From an uncultured Candidatus Saccharibacteria bacterium (GTDB lineage: Bacteria; Patescibacteriota; Minisyncoccia; Phycocordibacterales; JACOZG01), in assembly GCA_964648765.1 (NCBI GenBank), contig CAZYLF010000003.1:41676-105675 (forward strand): 64,000 nucleotides of DNA, given 5' to 3'. The notes beneath the pieces were generated by a model. It searched no databases and was not told the DNA's origin. It worked only from the letters and a program-made list of their open reading frames with translations. How positions within the stretch are numbered: the first letter of the stretch is position 1; each line of letters begins with the position of its first letter. Below are positions 36,601 through 45,657 of the stretch, in pieces. The position numbers and the translations under genes were made by a program.

Positions 36601-37590
36601 TTATGACTTTAAGGAAATACCGTTCTTAGCGAGTAAAGCTTTGATCTCCTCAATGGCCTTGTCTCCTAATCCGTCCATGGAGCTTAGATCCTCCTCGCGC
36701 TTACGGGCCAAACCACCAGCTGTGCGGATGCCCTCCTCCTCCATCACTTTAAGAATACGAGATGAGAAGCCAAGATCCTCAATGCGAGTCTTTAAAAAGT
36801 CAGCCTCCTTCTTAGCCTTTTCTGGACTCACTGGCTCATCGTCTTCTTTATCCTCAGCTTTAGACTTTTCAGCCTTTGCAGGAGTTTCAATAAAATCTTC
36901 TTTAAAGCCCACAATCGCTTTGAGCTGGTGGATCATTATTTCAATTGATTTTTCAAGCGCCTCTTTAGGGCTTAACGAACCATCAGTTTCAATAGCCACA
37001 CGCAAACGATTATAATCAGTTCTGTCGGCCACACGCATGTTCTCTACCTCATAACTTACGCGTCGAACTGGGGTAAACGAAGCATCTAACCAAATTGTGC
37101 CAATTTCACTTTTATCCTTCTGGATCATATCTTTTGGCATATAACCAAGTCCCTTCTCTATGTGAATTTCAACTTCAAGATGAGCACTCTTCTCGGTTAA
37201 AGTCGCAATTACTTGATCCTTATTTACCACCTCCACTTGGCCACCAACATCAATATCACCAGCGGTAATAGTTTTGGCACCTTTTACAGAAATTTTAGCA
37301 ACTTGTGGCTCATCGCTAGCCATGCGGAACTTAACCTTTTTTAAATTTAAAATAATGGTGATCGCGTCCTCTTTAATTCCATCAATAGTTGAAAACTCGT
37401 GGGAAGCACCAGCAATTTTAACCGAGGTAATAGCCGTGCCCACCAAAGATGAGAGAATAATCCGGCGCAAAGAATTACCCAAAGTCTGGCCGTAGCCTGG
37501 GTAAAGTCCCTCAATCTCATAAACTCCTCGTACTCCGTCCTCGCTCACAATGCGGGGCTTGGATGGCAAAATGATGTCGTGATTAATCAT
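36601..37590 (-). CDS. rpoA: DNA-directed RNA polymerase subunit alpha
   Basis: N-terminal domain GYGQTLGNSLRRILLSS and a C-terminal alphaCTD. Canonical position after rpsD. Confidence 0.9.
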   Translation of the reverse strand: MINHDIILPSKPRIVSEDGVRGVYEIEGLYPGYGQTLGNSLRRIILSSLVGTAITSVKIAGASHEFSTIDGIKEDAITIILNLKKVKFRMASDEPQVAKISVKGAKTITAGDIDVGGQVEVVNKDQVIATLTEKSAHLEVEIHIEKGLGYMPKDMIQKDKSEIGTIWLDASFTPVRRVSYEVENMRVADRTDYNRLRVAIETDGSLSPKEALEKSIEIMIHQLKAIVGFKEDFIETPAKAEKSKAEDKEDDEPVSPEKAKKEADFLKTRIEDLGFSSRILKVMEEEGIRTAGGLARKREEDLSSMDGLGDKAIEEIKALLAKNGISLKS

Positions 37591-37621
37591 AAATATATTA
37601 TTAAAATTATTTTTTTAAATA

Positions 37622-38257
37622 TTAAACGCGACTATAAAATTCCAAGATGGCGGTAAAGTTAAGGTTAGCCTCCTGCTCACCAAAAAGTGGTAGGGCCTTA
37701 ACTGTTAAGGTCTTGTCGGAATCATTCCACAAAAGCCACTTCGGCGTAACGTAATCCTTCAACCGTTCATCAATATTGCTGTAAATTGGCTTGGCCAAAC
37801 TCTGTTTGCGGATAGTTACCACATCACCGAGTGAAAGCTTCATTGAAGGGATAGTGACTCGCTTGCCATTTACCATAATGTGACCGTGAGATACCACTTG
37901 GCGAGCAAAAGCTCGAGAAGTTGCCCAACCTGCGCGGAACACTACGTTATCAAGACGACGCTCGAGGAGTTGATAAAGTTCAGGAGCGGGATTACCTGCT
38001 TTAACTTTATGACGAGCATTCTCTACATAATTGCGGAACTGTCTCTCATTTACTCCGTATGTATAACGAGCCTTTTGCTTTTCAATCAATTGGATACCAT
38101 AATCGCTTTTACCGCGAGCTCCACCCTTGCCACCACGGCCACCTGTTGGCTTTTTATTTGTAGTACTACCAGAAATCGCAAACTTGGTAGTTTGGCATTG
38201 CGGAAAAACGTTATCTCCTAAGCGGCGGCAAATTTTATATTTTGGTCCAATTTTCAT
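37622..38257 (-). CDS. rpsD: 30S ribosomal protein S4
   Basis: MKIGPKYKICRRLG N-terminus and an S4 RNA-binding domain. Confidence 0.9.
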   Translation of the reverse strand: MKIGPKYKICRRLGDNVFPQCQTTKFAISGSTTNKKPTGGRGGKGGARGKSDYGIQLIEKQKARYTYGVNERQFRNYVENARHKVKAGNPAPELYQLLERRLDNVVFRAGWATSRAFARQVVSHGHIMVNGKRVTIPSMKLSLGDVVTIRKQSLAKPIYSNIDERLKDYVTPKWLLWNDSDKTLTVKALPLFGEQEANLNFTAILEFYSRV

Positions 38258-38273
38258 GATTACTTATTTAAAT

Positions 38274-38705
38274 TTAAACGCGACGAGGCTTTTTAGCTTT
38301 TGGTCCATTAAAAGGCACAGGTGTAGCATCTTTAAGTGCTAAAATGCCGATACCTCGAGCCACGAAAGCGCGGATAGCAGATTCTCTACCTGAGCCCACC
38401 CCGCGCACCACCACATCCACCTCCTTCATACCGATAGCCTCGGCCTTTTCGGCAATAATTTCACCAACTTTACTTGCGGCGAAAGTGGTGCCTTTTTTAG
38501 CTCCCTTAAAACCTAAAGCACCGCTTGATGACCAAGCAAGCACATTACCCTCTGGGTCAGTAAGAGAGAGTAACGTGTTGTTGTAAGTAGCGCGCACTTG
38601 GAGAGTACCGATGGCAAACTTCTTTTTGGGCCCGCGTGAAGCCTTGGCATCGCCTGCCTTTGTGCCCTCCACTCCCACTTCCGCTACTACACGTTTTTTA
38701 CCCAT
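38274..38705 (-). CDS. rpsK: 30S ribosomal protein S11
   Basis: ATYNNTLLSLTDPEGNVLAWSSSGALGFKGAKKGT. Confidence 0.9.
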   Translation of the reverse strand: MGKKRVVAEVGVEGTKAGDAKASRGPKKKFAIGTLQVRATYNNTLLSLTDPEGNVLAWSSSGALGFKGAKKGTTFAASKVGEIIAEKAEAIGMKEVDVVVRGVGSGRESAIRAFVARGIGILALKDATPVPFNGPKAKKPRRV

Positions 38706-38715
38706 ATTATATATA

Positions 38716-39096
38716 TTATTTCTTATCTAACTTCTTACGGCCAGAACCCATTGTCTTACGCACATTACCTCGGCGAGTGCGAGAGTTGGTTTTGGTGCGT
38801 TGACCACGTGATGGTAACTTTTTTAAATGTCGTGACCCACGATAACTCTTAATATCAGTGAGACGTTTAATATTTGAGGAAATCTCTCTTTTTAAATTAC
38901 CTTCGGTTTTAAGACCATCAAGAATTTTACGAATCGCATTTTCCTCATCTGCTGATAACTCGGCGGAACGTTTGCCATGTTCAACCTTTGCCTCGTCTAA
39001 AACTCTCTTGGCCAAACTACGACCAACACCATAGATCGCAGTGAGGGCGATCTCAATTCTTTTATTTTCAGGAAGTGTGATACCAGATATACGCAT
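38716..39096 (-). CDS. rpsM: 30S ribosomal protein S13
   Basis: MRISGITLPENKRIEIALTAIYGVGRSLA. Confidence 0.9.
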   Translation of the reverse strand: MRISGITLPENKRIEIALTAIYGVGRSLAKRVLDEAKVEHGKRSAELSADEENAIRKILDGLKTEGNLKREISSNIKRLTDIKSYRGSRHLKKLPSRGQRTKTNSRTRRGNVRKTMGSGRKKLDKK

Positions 39097-39101
39097 AAAA
39101 A

Positions 39102-39218
39102 TTAAGCTTGTTTTTGTTTATGTCGGGGTTTATTTTTGCAGATAACATAAAGATGGCCACGTCGTTTAACGATCTTGCAGCGTGCACATCTTGTCTCAAT
39201 TGCGGATCTTAAATGCAT
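39102..39218 (-). CDS. rpmJ: 50S ribosomal protein L36
   Basis: Translated by hand (too short for the ORF track): MHLRSAIETRCARCKIVKRRGHLYVICKNKPRHKQKQA. Canonical position between infA and rpsM. Confidence 0.8.
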   Translation of the reverse strand: MHLRSAIETRCARCKIVKRRGHLYVICKNKPRHKQKQA

Positions 39219-39227
39219 AAAATTTGT

Positions 39228-39482
39228 CTACAGTCTTTTAACAATTCTGGCTTTGCCGCCATATGGATCAAGAAGCAAAGTAACCCGGTCCCCTACTAGG
39301 ACACGGATTCGATTTATCCTCATTTTACCCGCCAGATAAGCCAAAATTTCCTTATCCTCAGGCTGAGATGCCAGTTTAACCCGAAAGAGAATGTTAGGCA
39401 AGGCCTCTACCACTACCCCTTCAACTAGATTATCTTTGTCTTTTTCTTCCACTCTTTGATTATTAATATTATCCATTGGCAC
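39228..39482 (-). CDS. infA: Translation initiation factor IF-1
   Basis: S1-like OB fold [57 protein letters not shown]. Confidence 0.85.
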   Translation of the reverse strand: MPMDNINNQRVEEKDKDNLVEGVVVEALPNILFRVKLASQPEDKEILAYLAGKMRINRIRVLVGDRVTLLLDPYGGKARIVKRL

Positions 39483-39529
39483 GAAGGCCTCGGCTATACT
39501 AACAAATTAATACCTATTTAGTCAAATAT

Positions 39530-40870
39530 TTACTTGATCACAGTCTCGATTGTAATCTTTTCTGGATTAGTAGGGAAGTGACCAGTCCATGGTGGTTTGA
39601 AGTTAGCTCTCGCTTCTTGGATCGCAGGATAAGCTTGAAATACTTTTTGATAATCACTCTTTTTCGCGCCGAGCAGTTTGGTTACTAACTCCTGACGATT
39701 AAATATGGCAATGAGATTAGCCTCACCAACTAGTGAGAAGTCCAGAGTTTCTGGAGTAGAATTTAATCGCGCAAGATCATTTGCTGACATATTAAATCTG
39801 AGTTCCGCTAAATTTACGATTTCATAATCCTCTTTTAAATCTGCTTTTTTACGTTCAATCAAATAGTCCTCCAATTCTCGACGCTTGAAAATTACACCCC
39901 ACAATTTGGCACTCTCCTTGACCTCAACCATCTCATTACCAAGCGCTGTGCCGGGTGTCACTGGATCAAGCGAAGAAAATTGAATGGCTAAAGCACTAGG
40001 GTAAAGCACAAAATCTGAGAGCATTTCGGCCTGAGCACGAGACTTTAATTTTTCTGTTAGAACTTGTTTGAGCTCCTCGCGTGTTTTGGCCTCATCAGCT
40101 TTATCTGCCACCCTCATCTCACCTGACGCACCCCCTGTCATTGGCGTTTTTGATTTAGCGTAAAAAGTTTTATATTTTGGATCATTTTTAAAGCCCGGAA
40201 TAGTCCAGTCTACTGAGCCGATATTGTAATCACTGCCCGGCTTATCAGCTACCACGGTAGCTTCTACCTTACCTGGTGTTATTTCGCCTTTAGTATTTTT
40301 AGTATACCCAGGCACCGCCACTGCGGTAGGGATACGGAAGATCAAACCATCAGGTGTCTCAAAGCGAGTACTTGAAATTAATTTTTGTGGACTGGTGCTA
40401 TGATTATTATAAATTGTTATCTGACCACTTGAGCGTTTTTCAACTTTCTCTACACCTTTAGCCGTGATCATTTTGCTAGCTGACTCCTCAATACTCATAA
40501 TCTGAAAAGGGAGTTCTGATTCACTTCCTGGCTTGGCATAAGCAGTAATAACCTCATTAAGACTTAGGGAAGTTTGTTTTGGCACCACAGTTACAACCGC
40601 ACTAGCAAACGAACCAAAGAGCATAAACCCAGCGCCAACTAAAACTAAAAGCACTATTAGCCACAAATAGAGTTTGCGCTTTGGTCCACGTGGCTCATCC
40701 TCCACAATCTGATAATGTGACTCTCTCATCTTGGGCGGTGGCGGCACAGGAGAATCATCATCCTCAACCTCCAAAGGCACCTTGCGAGGCACTCGGACTT
40801 GCGAGGTCACACGCTTAGGCGGGAAGATCTCCTTTAGGCTCTGCTTTGGTCGTTTGATATCGTCTATCAT
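39530..40870 (-). CDS. Hypothetical membrane-anchored protein with Pro-rich cytoplasmic N-terminus
   Basis: Single TM helix (LYLWLIVLLVLVGAGFMLFGSFASAVV). Start overlaps the stop of the upstream actin-like ATPase gene (ATGA). Confidence 0.35.
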   Translation of the reverse strand: MIDDIKRPKQSLKEIFPPKRVTSQVRVPRKVPLEVEDDDSPVPPPPKMRESHYQIVEDEPRGPKRKLYLWLIVLLVLVGAGFMLFGSFASAVVTVVPKQTSLSLNEVITAYAKPGSESELPFQIMSIEESASKMITAKGVEKVEKRSSGQITIYNNHSTSPQKLISSTRFETPDGLIFRIPTAVAVPGYTKNTKGEITPGKVEATVVADKPGSDYNIGSVDWTIPGFKNDPKYKTFYAKSKTPMTGGASGEMRVADKADEAKTREELKQVLTEKLKSRAQAEMLSDFVLYPSALAIQFSSLDPVTPGTALGNEMVEVKESAKLWGVIFKRRELEDYLIERKKADLKEDYEIVNLAELRFNMSANDLARLNSTPETLDFSLVGEANLIAIFNRQELVTKLLGAKKSDYQKVFQAYPAIQEARANFKPPWTGHFPTNPEKITIETVIK

Positions 40871-42087
40871 ATTTTCTTAAGTCTACTAAGTTTATCAGAA
40901 AAAATCGCTTCTACCATAAGACGAGTTGTGGGTTTCTTGCTTACATCAAACTCACAAATCTCACTTACCACTTTGTCTTGGAAATAGTTAACTTCAAAAT
41001 TTTTATCGCCGATTATCAAGTTCTCAGCCACTGGACGGCGTAAGCGCTCAAGATAAAGTGGCGTAAGAAGTGGGTTACCGGTAACCAAAAGCCGATTGGT
41101 GGGTAAAAAGTGATCTAGGGATTCGTCTATCGATCGAAAAAACTTTGCAGTCCAAAATGAGAGTTCCCTCTCAACTACTTGGGGCAACTTGTCTACTAAC
41201 GCCATGTTACGCTTACCCGCAGCAAGCATCTTCAGACTTGAGTAGGCCTCCTCTTTTACGGTCCCCATTTCAGTGGCGACCTTACGAACCAATGAATTAG
41301 TACCAACAGGAAATGAAAAATTCTCAAGCAAAGAATCTCGCTCTACTAAAGTAATCTCCGTGGTCTCACCATCAATATCTACGATTACTGTACTGTCGTT
41401 AATAGTAGAAGTAAGATCCCGAAAAGTGCTAAAAAGTGAAAAAGCAAAAGGGTAAAAACTAATTTTTTTAACTCGCAGCACAGATGAAATTGTTTCTTTA
41501 AATCTCTTCAAAATATCGGTTGCACTGGCACTAAGATAAAGTGATAAATCTAGGGTATTAACATTTTTTTGGTAAATATTTTTTAGATCATCATAACCAT
41601 TAAGTTTAATCTCCATTACTGAACTATTTATGATCTCGTGATCGTCACTAGTCACCCCGGGGAAAATATCGTGGCCAGCGCCTTTAAACTTTGCCATTTC
41701 GCCTGCCACAATATCTTTAATCATTTTTTCAGAAACAGTAAACGACTTTTCTTTTTCGGTTTTTATTAATCTTGATTGCGACACATAAAATGGCGCTGCC
41801 AAAAAACATACCCAAGTGCTTGGCATACCTTTTACACCAGGGCCATTTGGGTCCCTAACTAAAGCTTCCATTGCATTTTTAATATTCTCAAGCGTGTGCT
41901 CAAGAAAGCGCGTTGGATCAAGATTGTCGGGAATTTCAAGTGTATTAGTGGACGAAGAAATAATTTTCGGACAAATATTAACCGCATCACGAAAGACTTC
42001 AATTATTGCTCCATCCACACTAGTTGTGTTGATATCTAAAACACCAAACGATGACGATGACATGATAAAAATTATATCATGTGTCAA
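40867..42087 (-). CDS. Actin-like ATPase fold protein (FtsA/PilM-like)
   Basis: Segment VIVDIDGETTEITLVERDSLL resembles the FtsA/PilM phosphate-2/adenosine motif. Assignment tentative. Confidence 0.35.
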   Translation of the reverse strand: MTHDIIFIMSSSSFGVLDINTTSVDGAIIEVFRDAVNICPKIISSSTNTLEIPDNLDPTRFLEHTLENIKNAMEALVRDPNGPGVKGMPSTWVCFLAAPFYVSQSRLIKTEKEKSFTVSEKMIKDIVAGEMAKFKGAGHDIFPGVTSDDHEIINSSVMEIKLNGYDDLKNIYQKNVNTLDLSLYLSASATDILKRFKETISSVLRVKKISFYPFAFSLFSTFRDLTSTINDSTVIVDIDGETTEITLVERDSLLENFSFPVGTNSLVRKVATEMGTVKEEAYSSLKMLAAGKRNMALVDKLPQVVERELSFWTAKFFRSIDESLDHFLPTNRLLVTGNPLLTPLYLERLRRPVAENLIIGDKNFEVNYFQDKVVSEICEFDVSKKPTTRLMVEAIFSDKLSRLKKI

Positions 42088-42103
42088 TTTTTAGACTAGT
42101 AGA

Positions 42104-43906
42104 CTATTGTAAACAGGCTTTGATTCTCCTCACTCCGGCAGCGACAGCCTCCTCCTTCATAATTTTTATGCCTCCAATCTCGCTGGTTTCGCTCACGTGC
42201 GGTCCACCACAGAACTCCTTGCTGAAGCTATCAATTAAATATACAGAAACAGTGTCGCCATATTTAGCGCCGAATTCCATCTCCGCGCCCAACTGCTCGG
42301 CTTCAGCCTTTGGCATCTCACAACGTTCAACTTTAAGATTTTCTTTGATCTTTTCATTCACAATTTTCTCCACCTCAGCTAATTCTTCAGGAGTTAACTT
42401 TCTAGCGAAAGAAAAATCGATTCTCAAACGCTCACTCGTAATATTAGAACCACGCTGTTTAACTTCTTTACCTAAAACTTGCTGGAGGGCGGCTAAAATT
42501 AAGTGATGCGCTGTGTGAAGTTTAATGGTCTCCGGTGAATGATCGGCCAAACCACCTTTAAACTTTTGCTCCGCACCCGCGCGCGAAAGCACTTGATGTT
42601 CAGTGAGCAACTTTTTAAATTCTTCTTCATCCACAGCTAAATTATTACGCGTGGCTTCTTCAATAATTAATTCCACGGGGAAGCCATGGGTTTGATAGAG
42701 ATCAAAGGCCTCCTTACCCGATATCTTCTCGCGCAAAACTGGATCGCTAGTATTAATATTGTATGAAATAACTTTAGAAAGTTTAGATAGGCCGGCACGT
42801 AACGTTTTCCGGAACTTTTGCTCCTCATTTTCTATCTCGCTTTTCACTTTGTCTTTGCTCGTCAAAACTTCTGGATACACTTCCGCGTACTTGCTGATCA
42901 CTTCATCAATAATTTTAGCAAAGCCATCTGGCGCGAGTTTAATGAGGTCGGCGTAACGCACGGCACGGCGGAGTAAACGGCGGAGCACGTAACCACGATC
43001 AGTGTTGGAAGGTAACACGCCGTCAGCGAGCATCATCACGGAGGTACGCAAGTGGTCCGCCACAATTCTTTTAGCTTTTACCTCTGACGAAGATGAATTA
43101 TCGTCAATCACCTTCATGATTCCCGCAAAAAGATCGGTGGCGAAAACGTTATTAGTTTTCTGCAGCACCATTGCCAAACGTTCCAAACCCGCACCCGTGT
43201 CCACATTTTGTTGGTTCAATTTGCCGATCACTTTGCCATCTCGCTTTTCATATTCCATGAAAACATCATTCCAAATTTCCACCACCCTCTGTTCATCATC
43301 AGCTTTAAGATATTCCTCTTTTGTTAACCCATTGGTAAGTTCGCCTGTGAGATCGTAAAACATTTCGGTATCCGGTCCACATGGACCGTTTGCTCCAGCA
43401 CTCCACCAATTTTTACTCACACCTAAAAAGTAAATCCTCTCCCCTTCAATTTTATTTTTCTCAAAAATTTCTTTCCAGATTGCCGCCGACTCTTCATCAC
43501 GCGGCGCATTTTCATCACCTTCAAAACAGGTTACATATAGTCGATTTGGATCCAAACCAAAACCAATTTTTTTATTTGTGAGCAAATCATAACTCCATTC
43601 AATCGCCTCACGCTTCCAGTAACTTCCGAGCGACCAATTACCAAGCATTTCAAAAAATGTATCGTGGGTGTTATCGCCCACCTCCTCAATGTCTTGCGTG
43701 CGCACGCACTTTTGCACGTTTACTAAACGAGCTCCCGCCGGATGCTTTTCGCCCAGCAAATAAGGCACCAGCGGTTGCATGCCGGCGGTAGTAAAGAGAA
43801 CCGAAGCATCGCCGCCAATAGGCACTAGAGGCGCAGAAGGAATAACCGCATGCTCGCGCACCTTAAAAAATTCAATAAACCGCCGCCTAATTTCCTCAGA
43901 TTTCAT
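42104..43906 (-). CDS. alaS: Alanine--tRNA ligase, short form lacking C-Ala/DHHA1 domain
   Basis: AlaRS catalytic N-terminus FTTAGMQPLVPYLLG...WSLGSYW. Editing-domain HxxxH (HTAHHLILAAL) and CxxxH (CGGPHVSETSEIG). 600 aa only. Confidence 0.85.
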   Translation of the reverse strand: MKSEEIRRRFIEFFKVREHAVIPSAPLVPIGGDASVLFTTAGMQPLVPYLLGEKHPAGARLVNVQKCVRTQDIEEVGDNTHDTFFEMLGNWSLGSYWKREAIEWSYDLLTNKKIGFGLDPNRLYVTCFEGDENAPRDEESAAIWKEIFEKNKIEGERIYFLGVSKNWWSAGANGPCGPDTEMFYDLTGELTNGLTKEEYLKADDEQRVVEIWNDVFMEYEKRDGKVIGKLNQQNVDTGAGLERLAMVLQKTNNVFATDLFAGIMKVIDDNSSSSEVKAKRIVADHLRTSVMMLADGVLPSNTDRGYVLRRLLRRAVRYADLIKLAPDGFAKIIDEVISKYAEVYPEVLTSKDKVKSEIENEEQKFRKTLRAGLSKLSKVISYNINTSDPVLREKISGKEAFDLYQTHGFPVELIIEEATRNNLAVDEEEFKKLLTEHQVLSRAGAEQKFKGGLADHSPETIKLHTAHHLILAALQQVLGKEVKQRGSNITSERLRIDFSFARKLTPEELAEVEKIVNEKIKENLKVERCEMPKAEAEQLGAEMEFGAKYGDTVSVYLIDSFSKEFCGGPHVSETSEIGGIKIMKEEAVAAGVRRIKACLQ

Positions 43907-43922
43907 AAAATGAATATTACCA

Positions 43923-43959
43923 TAAAAAAGAGGCCGATCGAATCATATCGATCGGCCTC
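43923..43959 (-). terminator. Rho-independent terminator
   Basis: GAGGCCGATCGA-atcatat-TCGATCGGCCTC with a T-run on the minus strand. Confidence 0.55.
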
Positions 43960-43977
43960 ACGACTTCTATTTATTAT

Positions 43978-44964
43978 CTACCGAACCACATCAAGCAGGT
44001 TTGGTTGCTTCCGTGTTTGATTGAGACCCAAACTGATTGCAGAGGACAACTGTCCAAGATAGCCAGAAGGTAAGAAAACTGACTTAGCGCCATCCACCAC
44101 CAGGGCCGTAGCCAGGGCCACCCCATCTTGGACAAGATTCCCAATCACCTTCACCGGCGGACGATCAACTTGCGGTTTTTGGGTAGCCGCATCAAGTCGA
44201 TCCAAAATCATTGGATGAGAAATTGGGGTTAGCAAGGAATTCTCATCCGCATTAAAGCTTATCAAAGCTTGGTTCAGGTGAGTTCCCGTTTCAATTGTGC
44301 CAGCATACATTTCAACTATTCGAGTCACCATCTCCTTAGTTGCTCGCGGGGATGGCACCAGCACTCGTAGTGTTTCATTCCTGTCATTTTGGAAGAAGAT
44401 GATCGTGCTCATGTCGAGTAAGTCCGGGGTGGAAAGTTGCGTGAGATTAAGACTCACCTCTTGGTTTCCACCACCCCCAAACAATGAGCGCAAGCTGATA
44501 TTAAGTCGTCCAGCAAGATCGCCCCTTAGACTGTGACTCGCCACATGCTCAACCCTAAAAGCTCGCCAATCTCCCTCCAATTCATTTTCCTGCAATGGAA
44601 ACTGATCAGACCTCTCCACCACAAATCGCGGCAGAATAGCGTTGGAAAATGTTTGGGCCATGTTGTAATCAAGAAGGTTCTTCTCAAATATTTGCTGTTT
44701 TTTCCTTTCACCTCCAACCTTGTACAAGCAAGCTGAGATGAGAAATGAGATGACTGAGACTCCCAACCAGCCAAAAAGGAAGTACCCGCCTGAACTTACA
44801 GTAGGATTTGGCCCGCTTGTCATACATGCACCGAAAACCATAGCCAAAAAACCAGCAAAAAACATCACACCAAATGGCGCACCTACGTAAGGATCAACTA
44901 AATCAGACACTTCCCGCTTTGCATGTTCCGAAAGCGGTGCACCAAGCGCGATTTCTCGATTCAT
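43978..44964 (-). CDS. Hypothetical membrane protein
   Basis: 328-aa ORF with two N-terminal TM helices. Confidence 0.3.
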   Translation of the reverse strand: MNREIALGAPLSEHAKREVSDLVDPYVGAPFGVMFFAGFLAMVFGACMTSGPNPTVSSGGYFLFGWLGVSVISFLISACLYKVGGERKKQQIFEKNLLDYNMAQTFSNAILPRFVVERSDQFPLQENELEGDWRAFRVEHVASHSLRGDLAGRLNISLRSLFGGGGNQEVSLNLTQLSTPDLLDMSTIIFFQNDRNETLRVLVPSPRATKEMVTRIVEMYAGTIETGTHLNQALISFNADENSLLTPISHPMILDRLDAATQKPQVDRPPVKVIGNLVQDGVALATALVVDGAKSVFLPSGYLGQLSSAISLGLNQTRKQPNLLDVVR

Positions 44965-45089
44965 TTTTATCTCCTCAAAAGATAGGGTCTAGTTCACAAT
45001 GAACTTTCTGACATAATACCTACCATATTTATAAAATTAAGTCAAATATTTTAAAACAAAAAGCCCCGCCATCAATTGAGAGGGTGGGG

Positions 45090-45602
45090 CTATGATTTAT
45101 TATTTGGAAAGAAACTGTGATACACCTTGATTGCAGTCATCTCGAAATAGATGGCTTCACTAAATGGCAGGCCTGGAGTGCGGTCTTTTGCGATTCTGAT
45201 CATGTCCTGCTCCCAAGCTGGTGTCAAAATGAATTTGCATGCCTGGGAATTTATAAAGTCAAAAAACCAATAGTCTCGACGGTGCCATTCTCTCGGCCAG
45301 TAATTGGTATAAAAACCATACTTTCTGCCATGATAATCTGCGGAGATAACGGCATCAGGCTCAAAAGGTGCGGGAAAACGTTTGATCTCGTTGCTGTCTA
45401 ATGACATCCCTGATAGTACGGCCACTTCTTCGTTATCGACTATGCTCTTCCGGAGATCCTTCAGTTGACTTAGATCCATTGTCCAGTCACCATCTGTTAA
45501 ATATGATGTGACTATTACTCCATGATTTTCAAGTTCGGGAGCTAAGCCCCGCATCCAATCGCAAAGTATCGGCTCATGAGCCACTAGCACAATCTCCTTC
45601 AT
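45090..45602 (-). CDS. Hypothetical protein
   Basis: 170-aa ORF only. Confidence 0.3.
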   Translation of the reverse strand: MKEIVLVAHEPILCDWMRGLAPELENHGVIVTSYLTDGDWTMDLSQLKDLRKSIVDNEEVAVLSGMSLDSNEIKRFPAPFEPDAVISADYHGRKYGFYTNYWPREWHRRDYWFFDFINSQACKFILTPAWEQDMIRIAKDRTPGLPFSEAIYFEMTAIKVYHSFFPNNKS

Positions 45603-45657
45603 TTAATTACCTCCTTTCAAAGGTCTACCTAACTAACTTCTATCAAAATTTTGCTTA

